A stretch of DNA of 32,000 nt, taken from IMG/VR virus record IMGVR_UViG_3300045988_141106, positions 1 through 32,000 of that record. One strand, written 5' to 3'. Position 1 is the stretch's first letter. Each line of letters begins with the position of its first letter. Origin of the DNA: a virus. Shown here one piece after another: positions 24,042 through 32,000 of this stretch. Below the pieces are notes generated by a model that was given only the letters and a program-made list of their open reading frames with translations, did not search any database and had not been told where the DNA came from. The position numbers and the translations under genes are program-made.

Positions 24042-26093
24042 CTATGCAGTTTCGCCCAACAAAATTTTTCTGAACAGGCTTTCAAAAATTGGAACACAAA
24101 TACTATTGCCAGCCTGTTTATATAATGCCATTCTATATCTTCCTCGTTTCTGTTGTACAGATGCGGCTGCTTCATAATCCTGATCCGTATAACCCATAAG
24201 TCTCCAACATTCCCGTTCCGTAAGATATCTATACTTTCCATTATGTAAGTCAATTACCTGTGCAGGTGTCCGATCCTGGCGAGTCGTGATTGTATAAGCA
24301 TATTGGTCAATTACAGTTGCTCTTCTAATTCCGGATGCGCCAATACATTCCAGAATGCTCGGTTGTGTTACCTCATATACTGGATCAACTTTCTGTTCCA
24401 AAAACTCATGAATATTTTTCATTGGCGTTCTAATCAGATCAGAAAAATCAAATTCCTTTCCTTTTAAACAGCTTACAGTGAAATAGCGTTCTCTTGCTTG
24501 TGGAATACCAAACTCTCTTGCGTCTAATAGTTCATATGTACTTGTATATCCAAGTTTACTTAATTCTTCCATATATCTGTCGTGATTATGTACCATATAT
24601 TTACTTCTGACATTTTTAACATTTTCCCAAATCACATATTTTGGTTTCCATTCTCCCATCTGTTTAATAATATTAATCGTTTCCCACATAAGACTCGATC
24701 TTGTCCCAGATCCTTCTTCTGCTCCAGCTCCATGATTTGTTCTTCCATCTCCGGTAGCTGTGCCTTGATGTCCAGCAACAGACATATCCTGGCAATTATG
24801 CACTATACATCCATTTGCCGTATAAGAATGAGCCTCTTCCACTTCTATATCATAAACAGTTTCTTTGTTTTCTGTATGTTCAATTTTTGTTATTGGAGAC
24901 CATAAATATCCATCTTCAATAATTGACATTCTTCTATTGCACTTTAAAGTCCATCGTATTGTATATGTGTCTTTTTGATGAACCTTTCTTCCTTCTATAC
25001 ATCCAAATTCTTGACGTTTAAATTTACTTATTTGAAACGGTATATTATATGCTTTCACAATCAACTGCCCAATTCCATATAATAGTTTCCTATTAACTGA
25101 AGTTATAGAATATGTATATTTTTTACATGATCCATCACTATCAACATAACCCTCTATTAATTTCCTCACGAGATTAATTGGCATATCAAATACAAATCCA
25201 GGTAAATATTTACCTTCAGCACCTTTTCCAAATAGATTGCAAAAAGTAGCCAATTCTTTATTTGTAAATTGATATTTATATGTCGTATTGTCTTCGACTT
25301 TTACGTAATGTGCCCATTCTGGTATTTTTTCTTCAAATAGTTTATCTTCGCCATTTATTTTTGATGTACATATAATCATGCTAGAAACATTATTGTTTCT
25401 GTCTTTTCTCGTTCTTGTCCATCCGTCACCTAAAAATCTTCCTATCAAATACCATAATCCTTCGTCTTTCATATTTAGATTATTTTTAATATATTTAGAT
25501 CTTCCCCTTGTACACTCAACACCATCCCATTTGGGGACAATTGAATTTTGATTTATTGGGGTTCCGACCAAATAATTTTTATTTAGATCTTTAGCTTCGA
25601 CCCATTTTGGTTCCGAAAATTTTCTTTTCACCGTCTTCTTTCCATCAATAAATGGGTGAATATATGTCTTTTCTCTTACATAAAATTTATGATTGCTAGT
25701 AGTTTTTATTTCATGACAATTAGATGCTTTTAGTTTGATAATATTTTTTTCGCCATTGTTGAATACGTTAATTACTTTGTGAAATAAACCATCATGAGAA
25801 ACAACTTCTTCATTAACGGAAACATCTTTTATTTCTCTAAAACCATTTTTAGTCAATACTAATGTATCTCCTGTAAAACAAGGAGAACCATGTATCAGAA
25901 TATCTGGACGAAGATTGTATCCGACCACTGTTTGCGTTTTATACGGAAGATCTTTTGCGAACATTGCATTATATGATCTAACCGCTGCTTCGTCAATCTC
26001 GACATAATCAATTGATTTAACAGGAATACCGATATTCCGTAATGCACACCGTGGGCTTCCAATTCCACCGAATAATTCTAAAATTTGTACCAT
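24042..26093 (-). CDS. DNA cytosine-5 methyltransferase interrupted by an in-frame intein
   Basis: N-extein ILELFGGIGSPRCAL...HGSP; C-extein CQDMSVAGHQGTATG...KPKYVIWENVKNVRS...LLDAREFGIPQARERYFTV. Joined they restore the GSPCQ motif IV. Confidence 0.93.
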   Translation of the reverse strand: MVQILELFGGIGSPRCALRNIGIPVKSIDYVEIDEAAVRSYNAMFAKDLPYKTQTVVGYNLRPDILIHGSPCFTGDTLVLTKNGFREIKDVSVNEEVVSHDGLFHKVINVFNNGEKNIIKLKASNCHEIKTTSNHKFYVREKTYIHPFIDGKKTVKRKFSEPKWVEAKDLNKNYLVGTPINQNSIVPKWDGVECTRGRSKYIKNNLNMKDEGLWYLIGRFLGDGWTRTRKDRNNNVSSMIICTSKINGEDKLFEEKIPEWAHYVKVEDNTTYKYQFTNKELATFCNLFGKGAEGKYLPGFVFDMPINLVRKLIEGYVDSDGSCKKYTYSITSVNRKLLYGIGQLIVKAYNIPFQISKFKRQEFGCIEGRKVHQKDTYTIRWTLKCNRRMSIIEDGYLWSPITKIEHTENKETVYDIEVEEAHSYTANGCIVHNCQDMSVAGHQGTATGDGRTNHGAGAEEGSGTRSSLMWETINIIKQMGEWKPKYVIWENVKNVRSKYMVHNHDRYMEELSKLGYTSTYELLDAREFGIPQARERYFTVSCLKGKEFDFSDLIRTPMKNIHEFLEQKVDPVYEVTQPSILECIGASGIRRATVIDQYAYTITTRQDRTPAQVIDLHNGKYRYLTERECWRLMGYTDQDYEAAASVQQKRGRYRMALYKQAGNSICVPIFESLFRKILLGETA
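24795..25880 (-). mobile_element. Intein (362 aa) with DOD/LAGLIDADG-type homing endonuclease domain
   Basis: Starts CFTGDTLVLTKNGFREI, block B-like NHKFYV, endonuclease motifs LIGRFLGDGW and LIEGYVDSDGS, ends VYDIEVEEAHSYTANGCIVHN followed by Cys+1. Confidence 0.92.
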
Positions 26094-26150
26094 AATAATT
26101 TCCTTTCTTATATGAGGCGATAAACAGGAAGTCTACCGCCTCGTTGATGT

Positions 26151-27155
26151 TTAGATAATATTTTTCATGATTTCTACAGATTCTTTTTGTGCTTTTTCTT
26201 CCATTCCTCTTACATATAACAGCGTTGTATTAATTGATGCATGATGTAAATTTTTCTGTACAAGCACAATATCACCCGTTGCGTTGTACAATGTAGTACC
26301 ATATGTTGCCCTTAGTTTATGTGGACTAATTGTTTTTCCTTTTATGTTACAAGCATATTTTTTTGTAATATCTGAAATTGCACTTGTTGACAATCTCTTT
26401 CCGGTTTTCCCAAGAAACAGAGCTGGCGTATCGCGTGCTGTTACAAGTTGATCTCTGTATGCTAACCATTTCTGCAATTCATCTAAAACTTTTGGAATTA
26501 AAATGAATGTATGAACTTTCTTTCCCTTATCTGTTACAATCAAAGTTCCTTTATCCATATTTAAGTTTTCTATATCCATATTGGATAACGCTGCACAACG
26601 TACACCTGTAGAAAGGAAAAGTTTTATAACTGCAATATCCCTTTGTGACCAAATAGCTGATGGCTTTCTTGTTTTTCCTGTTAGCTTATGATCAACATTA
26701 TAAAGATACGTTTGTGTTTCTTCTGGTGTCAAATAACTCTTTTCTCTTCTTTCTATTGTTCTCTGTTGCTCTCTCTTTTTTGGCTTCGCAATTTCTTCCA
26801 TATAATTTTTCGAAAAAATTTTATATGCAAACATACATTTTGAAAAAAGTTTTAACGCAGAATAAACTGCGATTTGATAAGAAGAAACTGTTTCTAATCC
26901 ATTGTCTTTATCTTGTATTTTTGCCATATAGGATACAAAATCTCTCAGTTCGAGATCTTCTTCTTTTTCTTTTCCGGTGAACTTTAGAAATTTTAATACA
27001 TCACACATATAAACATATTTTGTCTTTTCTGATAAATCATGCATATATAAAAGGAAGTCTTGTAGATTCTTAGACTTCCCTTTCATAGTGTTTTCGATTT
27101 TTCGTTTATATTTAAGTTTTTCTTCCTCTAAACCTGTCTGGACTCTTTCATTCAT
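26151..27155 (-). CDS. Tyrosine recombinase/integrase (XerC/D-like)
   Basis: STGVRCAALSNMDIEN, SPHKLRATYGTTLY, HHASINTTLLYVRG; likely start 27155 (MNERVQTG) with TTGGAGG RBS. Confidence 0.9.
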   Translation of the reverse strand: MNERVQTGLEEEKLKYKRKIENTMKGKSKNLQDFLLYMHDLSEKTKYVYMCDVLKFLKFTGKEKEEDLELRDFVSYMAKIQDKDNGLETVSSYQIAVYSALKLFSKCMFAYKIFSKNYMEEIAKPKKREQQRTIERREKSYLTPEETQTYLYNVDHKLTGKTRKPSAIWSQRDIAVIKLFLSTGVRCAALSNMDIENLNMDKGTLIVTDKGKKVHTFILIPKVLDELQKWLAYRDQLVTARDTPALFLGKTGKRLSTSAISDITKKYACNIKGKTISPHKLRATYGTTLYNATGDIVLVQKNLHHASINTTLLYVRGMEEKAQKESVEIMKNII

Positions 27156-27168
27156 TTTATTCCTCCAA

Positions 27169-27261
27169 TCATAAATCGGCAATTGCAGCAATAATTATAA
27201 TAATAATGACCCCAATTGCGACAAAGGTTCCATAGTATCCAACGGCATATTCAAGTGACAT
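27169..27261 (-). CDS. tiny single-TM protein upstream of integrase
   Basis: Manual translation MSLEYAVGYYGTFVAIGVIIIIIIAAIADL*; AGGAGG RBS. Confidence 0.5.
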   Translation of the reverse strand: MSLEYAVGYYGTFVAIGVIIIIIIAAIADL

Positions 27262-27283
27262 AATATCTTCCTCCTAAAATTCA

Positions 27284-27622
27284 CTATTCAAAAATGTATG
27301 ACGGAAACATCAGCTCTAATTCATCTTTTGAAATTTCCATATTTTTGTTTTGGCTTTTAAATTCTTCATCGAACTGATGATTTAATTTCAAAACATTGTA
27401 AGCACTTTCAATCACCCACTCCCTGATGAACTCCATATCTGATTCCGACAAATCATATCCATATAGTTCTACATACCTAATCAACTTTTTTCTTATACTT
27501 GTTTGTGTTGTGTTCCATTTCTTTTCTAAATTCTCGAACTTACGCACATCTGTTTGACAATATCCCTTGAACGTTTTTCTTTTCATATATTCTCCTTTCT
27601 TTGCAACAAAAAACCGGCACAT
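27284..27622 (-). CDS. hypothetical protein
   Basis: 112-aa ORF; real start probably internal (MKRKTFKGYC). Confidence 0.5.
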   Translation of the reverse strand: MCRFFVAKKGEYMKRKTFKGYCQTDVRKFENLEKKWNTTQTSIRKKLIRYVELYGYDLSESDMEFIREWVIESAYNVLKLNHQFDEEFKSQNKNMEISKDELELMFPSYIFE

Positions 27623-27633
27623 TTCTGTACCGG

Positions 27634-27819
27634 TTAATAACGTTCCTCTTTTCTGATTTTATTCAATTTTTCTTTCTTTTGATTGATGTGTCGTACTTTT
27701 GCTCGTGGCCTATATTTATCACAATGTTGACAATAATGATTGTGATCTGCTTCTCTCCCTTTACTACATTGTCCTGCACAAATATAGTATAAGCATGGTG
27801 TTTCTCTTGTCTTACTCAT
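27634..27819 (-). CDS. small zinc-binding protein
   Basis: CLYYICAGQCSKGREADHNHYCQHCDKYRPR. Confidence 0.55.
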   Translation of the reverse strand: MSKTRETPCLYYICAGQCSKGREADHNHYCQHCDKYRPRAKVRHINQKKEKLNKIRKEERY

Positions 27820-28079
27820 CTTTTATCCACTCCTATCGGCATGATAATATAACCAGAAATACGGAACCCTCTGGACGCAGGTTCTTTTAAATCTGTTGCA
27901 ATCCTACCTTCCTTAAATAATTTATGCATATTACAATGGATAGTTCCTTTACTCTTAATTCCAACACCTTTTCCAATCTCGTCATAAGACGGAGCATAAC
28001 CATGCTCAAAAATGTAGTCTTTACAAAATTCATAGATTTTATCTGTTGCATCCTGTATGTTATCATATTTATTTACCAT
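27816..28079 (-). CDS. LexA-type DNA-binding domain protein without peptidase domain
   Basis: ATDKIYEFCKDYIFEHGYAPSYDEIGKGVGIKSKGTIHCNMHKLFKEGRIATDLKEPASRGFRI. Confidence 0.75.
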   Translation of the reverse strand: MVNKYDNIQDATDKIYEFCKDYIFEHGYAPSYDEIGKGVGIKSKGTIHCNMHKLFKEGRIATDLKEPASRGFRISGYIIMPIGVDKR

Positions 28080-28081
28080 AA

Positions 28082-28576
28082 TTATTCTCCCTTCTTTTTA
28101 AAGACATCACTAACCTGCCACAAAATCATCTCATTTCCAAGCTCAATAATTCTATCCTTGAAATTTTGAACAAACTCCGCTGTAATAACTTTTACAATAT
28201 TTGCATTGGTTGGTTCTATACCATCTTCGACCAATGCATTTATAATATCATCTTTTGTCCATGTAGTGTTCATATCTTTACATTTTTCTAGTTCATATCT
28301 CGAAATCGTTTCTTCAATAGTGTCAAAATCAACACATCCATAACCAATTCTCTCTCCGTTTTCAGCTAAATATAACATATAAAACATTCCTTCATTTTCG
28401 CCATTACCTCGCAACTCATCAATGTTATTGCCATACACAATATCAATTAAATTCCCTTCCCATGGATGATCTGCATAAAAATCACAATCATAACCATCTT
28501 CTGCGTCGTATCTGTCATCTTCTTCTGTCACAATCATCATGTACTTTTTATCTGTTCTCATATTCTTTACCTCCAC
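28082..28576 (-). CDS. hypothetical protein
   Basis: 164-aa ORF. Confidence 0.5.
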   Translation of the reverse strand: MEVKNMRTDKKYMMIVTEEDDRYDAEDGYDCDFYADHPWEGNLIDIVYGNNIDELRGNGENEGMFYMLYLAENGERIGYGCVDFDTIEETISRYELEKCKDMNTTWTKDDIINALVEDGIEPTNANIVKVITAEFVQNFKDRIIELGNEMILWQVSDVFKKKGE

Positions 28577-28600
28577 TTTATATATTGAACCTCTTCTGTC

Positions 28601-28966
28601 TTATACTTCAAAATCAAACTCGCTTAGACCGCCACTATCCATTACGTAAGCTTGTGCTGCTTCTGTATACGTTCCATCAAAATTTCCATTTTCAGTATCG
28701 TAATCACTAACATGATTTCCAATTTCAGATTCATAGAACGAAAAAATATTTGTAATTAAATTTTCCATTCCAGTTCTAGGTTCATATCCCTGTTTTCTAA
28801 TCCATGCTGCCATGTAATCATAATCGCACCATTTTTCTTTCGGATATTGTGAATAATCTTTTTCTTCTGTCCATCGTCCAAACCAATCAACCATATTTAC
28901 ACCTCCATTTTGAAATTCGACTGTCATTAGATTATCCGACAACTCTAAATGCTCTTGGTCTGCCAA
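28601..28966 (-). CDS. hypothetical protein
   Basis: 121-aa ORF. Confidence 0.5.
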   Translation of the reverse strand: MADQEHLELSDNLMTVEFQNGGVNMVDWFGRWTEEKDYSQYPKEKWCDYDYMAAWIRKQGYEPRTGMENLITNIFSFYESEIGNHVSDYDTENGNFDGTYTEAAQAYVMDSGGLSEFDFEV

Positions 28967-29001
28967 GATGTTCCGTTTTCAATCGATCCTTCAATTTATA
29001 C

Positions 29002-29220
29002 TTAGCAAATACCATTTTCTCGAAATTCTACGAGCAGTCCATACATCCGTCCTTTCTTTTCAAAGAAATCATTCCAATTAGATAATTCTTCGATCGAATA
29101 ATTCTGGTTGTACATATCTGCTTGCCATTCAATTGCCTTATCTCTCCACTTTGCTTTTTGTTTTACATAACTTTCATGTCGTGATAACGCTCTATGATTT
29201 GTATAATCTGACTGTCTCAT
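29002..29220 (-). CDS. hypothetical protein
   Basis: 72-aa ORF. Confidence 0.45.
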   Translation of the reverse strand: MRQSDYTNHRALSRHESYVKQKAKWRDKAIEWQADMYNQNYSIEELSNWNDFFEKKGRMYGLLVEFRENGIC

Positions 29221-29274
29221 AATCTATTCTCCTTTTCTGTAATCAAAAAGCAGATAACATATCGCCATCTGCTT

Positions 29275-29478
29275 CTACACATCAAAATTATATTCTGGAT
29301 AAAGATATTCCAAATTCAAATCTTCCTCGAACCAACAATGATCTGAAATATCCGGAATATCTACAATCACATGATCTGGGTGTATTTCTTTTATTTCTCC
29401 ATTATGCCATCCACCTGTGCCTGGATCATGATACCTAACTTTTTGTTTTGCCTTGAATAAATGTGCTAAGTCTGCCAT
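29275..29478 (-). CDS. hypothetical protein
   Basis: 67-aa ORF, AGGAGG RBS. Confidence 0.5.
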   Translation of the reverse strand: MADLAHLFKAKQKVRYHDPGTGGWHNGEIKEIHPDHVIVDIPDISDHCWFEEDLNLEYLYPEYNFDV

Positions 29479-29505
29479 AATTTACCTCCTAACGAAATGT
29501 GCTTT

Positions 29506-29796
29506 TCATTGTGTTATTCTCGCATATTTTAATGGATATTTCGAAAAATCCAAATATTCAGAATTATATACACTAGGAATAAATTTTCTAAAATCATCAT
29601 AGTACCATGCTTTCCATAATTCTGTTCCGGTCTTTACAAATTCCCTAGTGGCTTCTTGAAATGCGTCATATAACGTCATGTTATATACTTCCATATTTTC
29701 TTTTGTTCTTTCTTTTACCTTTTTAGGAACTCTACCAATTATCAAATCATCGTCATAAAACATATTCATACTCCTTTTTTTATGAGAAGTTTCCAT
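29506..29796 (-). CDS. hypothetical protein
   Basis: 96-aa ORF. Confidence 0.5.
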   Translation of the reverse strand: METSHKKRSMNMFYDDDLIIGRVPKKVKERTKENMEVYNMTLYDAFQEATREFVKTGTELWKAWYYDDFRKFIPSVYNSEYLDFSKYPLKYARITQ

Positions 29797-29798
29797 TG

Positions 29799-30002
29799 CT
29801 ATTTTACTTTGTCCAATCCAAATAAAGCATCAGGAAAACTTCTCTTTATTTCTTCAAAATTTTCAAAGCAATCTGCATATCTATCTGTGCCATCTTCTAT
29901 GTTCAATACGAGAAAACTTCTATCTCTATCATTCCATAATGTTCTTGCATCATGTTCTGAAATAATATCAAACCATTTTGAAAAATATTCTTCTGTAAAC
30001 AT
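29799..30002 (-). CDS. hypothetical protein
   Basis: 67-aa ORF, TTGGAGG RBS. Confidence 0.5.
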   Translation of the reverse strand: MFTEEYFSKWFDIISEHDARTLWNDRDRSFLVLNIEDGTDRYADCFENFEEIKRSFPDALFGLDKVK

Positions 30003-30430
30003 TTCAATTCCTCCAATCTTTTAATTGATTAGTTTATCAAACCCTATCTTATTATTCTCTGTCTTGTTGTACTAAAAAAGCAGATAACTTTTTCGTCACC
30101 TGCTTTCCTTAAATATTACGAAACTGCATCTCCGTATCATTTCATAATCTCTACATCCTTTATAATTATCACACATCCAATTATAAATCTCTGTATCAGA
30201 CATATTATGAAATTTTAGAATATGTTTTCTGCATTCATCTAAGATATATCCTTCCATATTTTACTCCTCAATTTCTTCAACATCACTTTCATCATAATGA
30301 GTATCTGCTATTGGAATACATCTATCAGATTCCAATTTTTCTTCCGCTATTCTAAGTGCTTCAGTTTCATTTTCTGCCTCTACTTCATATTCTTCATATG
30401 TTGTAAATGTCACACTATACTTCTTCATAA

Positions 30431-30637
30431 TCATTCCTCCATCATTTCTTTAAATTCTATCCAACTTTCAAAAGACTCTTCCAATCCTCTCGATCGAATG
30501 GTTTCCATTTCGTCTTCTGTCATTTCATAATTTTTATCTTCACAATATTGTTGGACTGTATCATGCTCTGCTTCTAACCACTTATCATCGTCTTCAATTT
30601 TATCGACTTCTACTAATAATTTATCAAGTTCATTCAT
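30431..30637 (-). CDS. hypothetical acidic protein
   Basis: ORF with internal start MNELDKLLVEVDK preceded by TTGGAGGTTGAC. Confidence 0.5.
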   Translation of the reverse strand: MNELDKLLVEVDKIEDDDKWLEAEHDTVQQYCEDKNYEMTEDEMETIRSRGLEESFESWIEFKEMMEE

Positions 30638-30886
30638 AGTAGTCAACCTCCAATTCATGTCAACAATCAATAAAGAAAATCGTTCCGTTAAATATTTATT
30701 CTCTCTTTTTTTAATGAAATTTCCGTTTCATTCTTATTTTATTCTCTCCATGCTTTAACAAATCTATCGGCATGATCTCTCCATTCCAAATGTCCATATT
30801 CCCCTCTTACGATCATATCTTTGGTAATATTTCCATCATCTAAAAGAACTTTTACTTCTTCATATGCGCTTGGTAATTCATCATCT

Positions 30887-31069
30887 TTAGAATTCATTAT
30901 CATTTTCTTCAACCACCATTGCTAATCCATTATTAACCAATACTCTTTCTATCTCAGCACCTTTCGATTCTTCACTCAAATAATCAGAATCCATCACGTT
31001 CATAATCTCATCCACAATCATATCCATACTTTCTCTTGTAATTGCATTAATTGCTACCATTTTTATCAC
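30887..31069 (-). CDS. hypothetical protein
   Basis: 60-aa ORF. Confidence 0.45.
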   Translation of the reverse strand: MIKMVAINAITRESMDMIVDEIMNVMDSDYLSEESKGAEIERVLVNNGLAMVVEENDNEF

Positions 31070-31077
31070 CTTTCTTT

Positions 31078-31230
31078 CTATTCAGACATGCTTTCTAAGA
31101 TTTCATCTCTTACCATAAAGAATCTGAAGTCTGCTTCTTCCTGTGTCAACTCTCCGTCCTCGACCATCTGATTACATTCTGTTCGCAGATTTTCCTCTAA
31201 TTCCTTATATATTTCATAAAAACTACTCAT
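31078..31230 (-). CDS. small hypothetical protein
   Basis: Manual translation MSSFYEIYKELEENLRTECNQMVEDGELTQEEADFRFFMVRDEILESMSE*. Confidence 0.5.
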   Translation of the reverse strand: MSSFYEIYKELEENLRTECNQMVEDGELTQEEADFRFFMVRDEILESMSE

Positions 31231-31256
31231 AGTATTCTCCTTCTAAACCACCAATT

Positions 31257-31439
31257 TCATTCTTTCAATATAATTTCTATTGCATTGTTTAATGGTGTTA
31301 TTCTCTCGATTTCTTCATCCATATATTCTCTAAGTGCCTGATTTATATATGGTGTTTCACAATCAACAAGAATATCATTTTCTCTTGCAAGAACAACACT
31401 GTCGGTATTTAATACTTCTAATAAATCTCTTATTTTCAT
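31257..31439 (-). CDS. hypothetical protein
   Basis: 60-aa ORF. Confidence 0.45.
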   Translation of the reverse strand: MKIRDLLEVLNTDSVVLARENDILVDCETPYINQALREYMDEEIERITPLNNAIEIILKE

Positions 31440-31454
31440 AAAATCACTCCTTAT

Positions 31455-31997
31455 TTATAATTTAACTCCATCAGTAGGAAGACCAAACTCTTTTACAAGC
31501 TCGTCAAATACATTATCTGGCATCTGACTTAGAGTATCTTCAATATCCTCTTTACGAAAATCATGCTTTACATATCCGAAAAACTGTTCAATCTGTTCAT
31601 TGTTTGCTTTATGTAATATAAAATCTATCATCATTTCTTCAATGTCCATGTTATTTTCCTCCGTGTTTATTTTATCCTTGCATAAGTTATAAATAATTCC
31701 TCGCAGCTCTTCAAGTTCTGTTTCCGAAAGATATTTACTTCTGTTAGTCTTCGGAATGTCATAAATGTTACAACCATCATTTTCAAACCATATTTCAAAA
31801 ATATAATGCCACATTCCATTATCACAATTGTATTCACAGTGGATACAATATGAATTACCTTCTTTGTCAATCAGCTCTCCATCACCAATATCCAATGCAA
31901 AAGAAGTATCATCATTCCAATATGGATGACATTTGAATTTTCTTCCATCGTCCCAATCTATCTCATTGAGCATATTTTCAGTTTCTATGTATTTCAC
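31455..31997 (-). CDS. hypothetical protein
   Basis: 180-aa ORF. Confidence 0.5.
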   Translation of the reverse strand: MKYIETENMLNEIDWDDGRKFKCHPYWNDDTSFALDIGDGELIDKEGNSYCIHCEYNCDNGMWHYIFEIWFENDGCNIYDIPKTNRSKYLSETELEELRGIIYNLCKDKINTEENNMDIEEMMIDFILHKANNEQIEQFFGYVKHDFRKEDIEDTLSQMPDNVFDELVKEFGLPTDGVKL

Positions 31998-32000
31998 TTC

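Noticed and set aside
24795-25880. Group I intron or gene fusion inside the methyltransferase
   Set aside because: The insert is entirely in frame, begins with Cys and ends HN|C with intein and LAGLIDADG motifs, so an intein explains it.

Overview
AT-rich accessory DNA that looks like part of a large phage, prophage or phage-like element of a Firmicutes/Clostridia host. The host is inferred from base composition, Gram-positive-type RBSs and gene content, not from a search. Almost all genes lie on the minus strand. Main contents: (1) an IS607-type remnant at the left edge, with an internally deleted TnpA and an intact TnpB N-terminus running off the window; (2) an NAD-metabolism operon (NadE, macrodomain protein, NAMPT-like, PRPP-synthetase-like, nicotinamidase) closed by a terminator, with a separate KptA/Tpt1 gene near 18.3-18.9 kb; (3) the standout locus, an IscB-like RuvC+HNH nuclease with all catalytic motifs visible. 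It is preceded, where a guide-RNA gene should sit, by a two-repeat CRISPR array (36-nt repeats, 30-nt spacer) and a 15-nt anti-repeat that could fold in cis into a natural single-guide RNA; (4) ParB-like, DUF262 and sigma-factor-like genes; (5) an apparent plus-strand sRNA with a promoter, two CUCCAA-loop hairpins and a terminator; (6) a MazF-like toxin; (7) many small unknown ORFs; (8) a cytosine-5 DNA methyltransferase split by a 362-aa LAGLIDADG-type intein placed directly before its catalytic cysteine; (9) a tyrosine recombinase. All functional names rest on recognised motifs in the translations; no database search was run.
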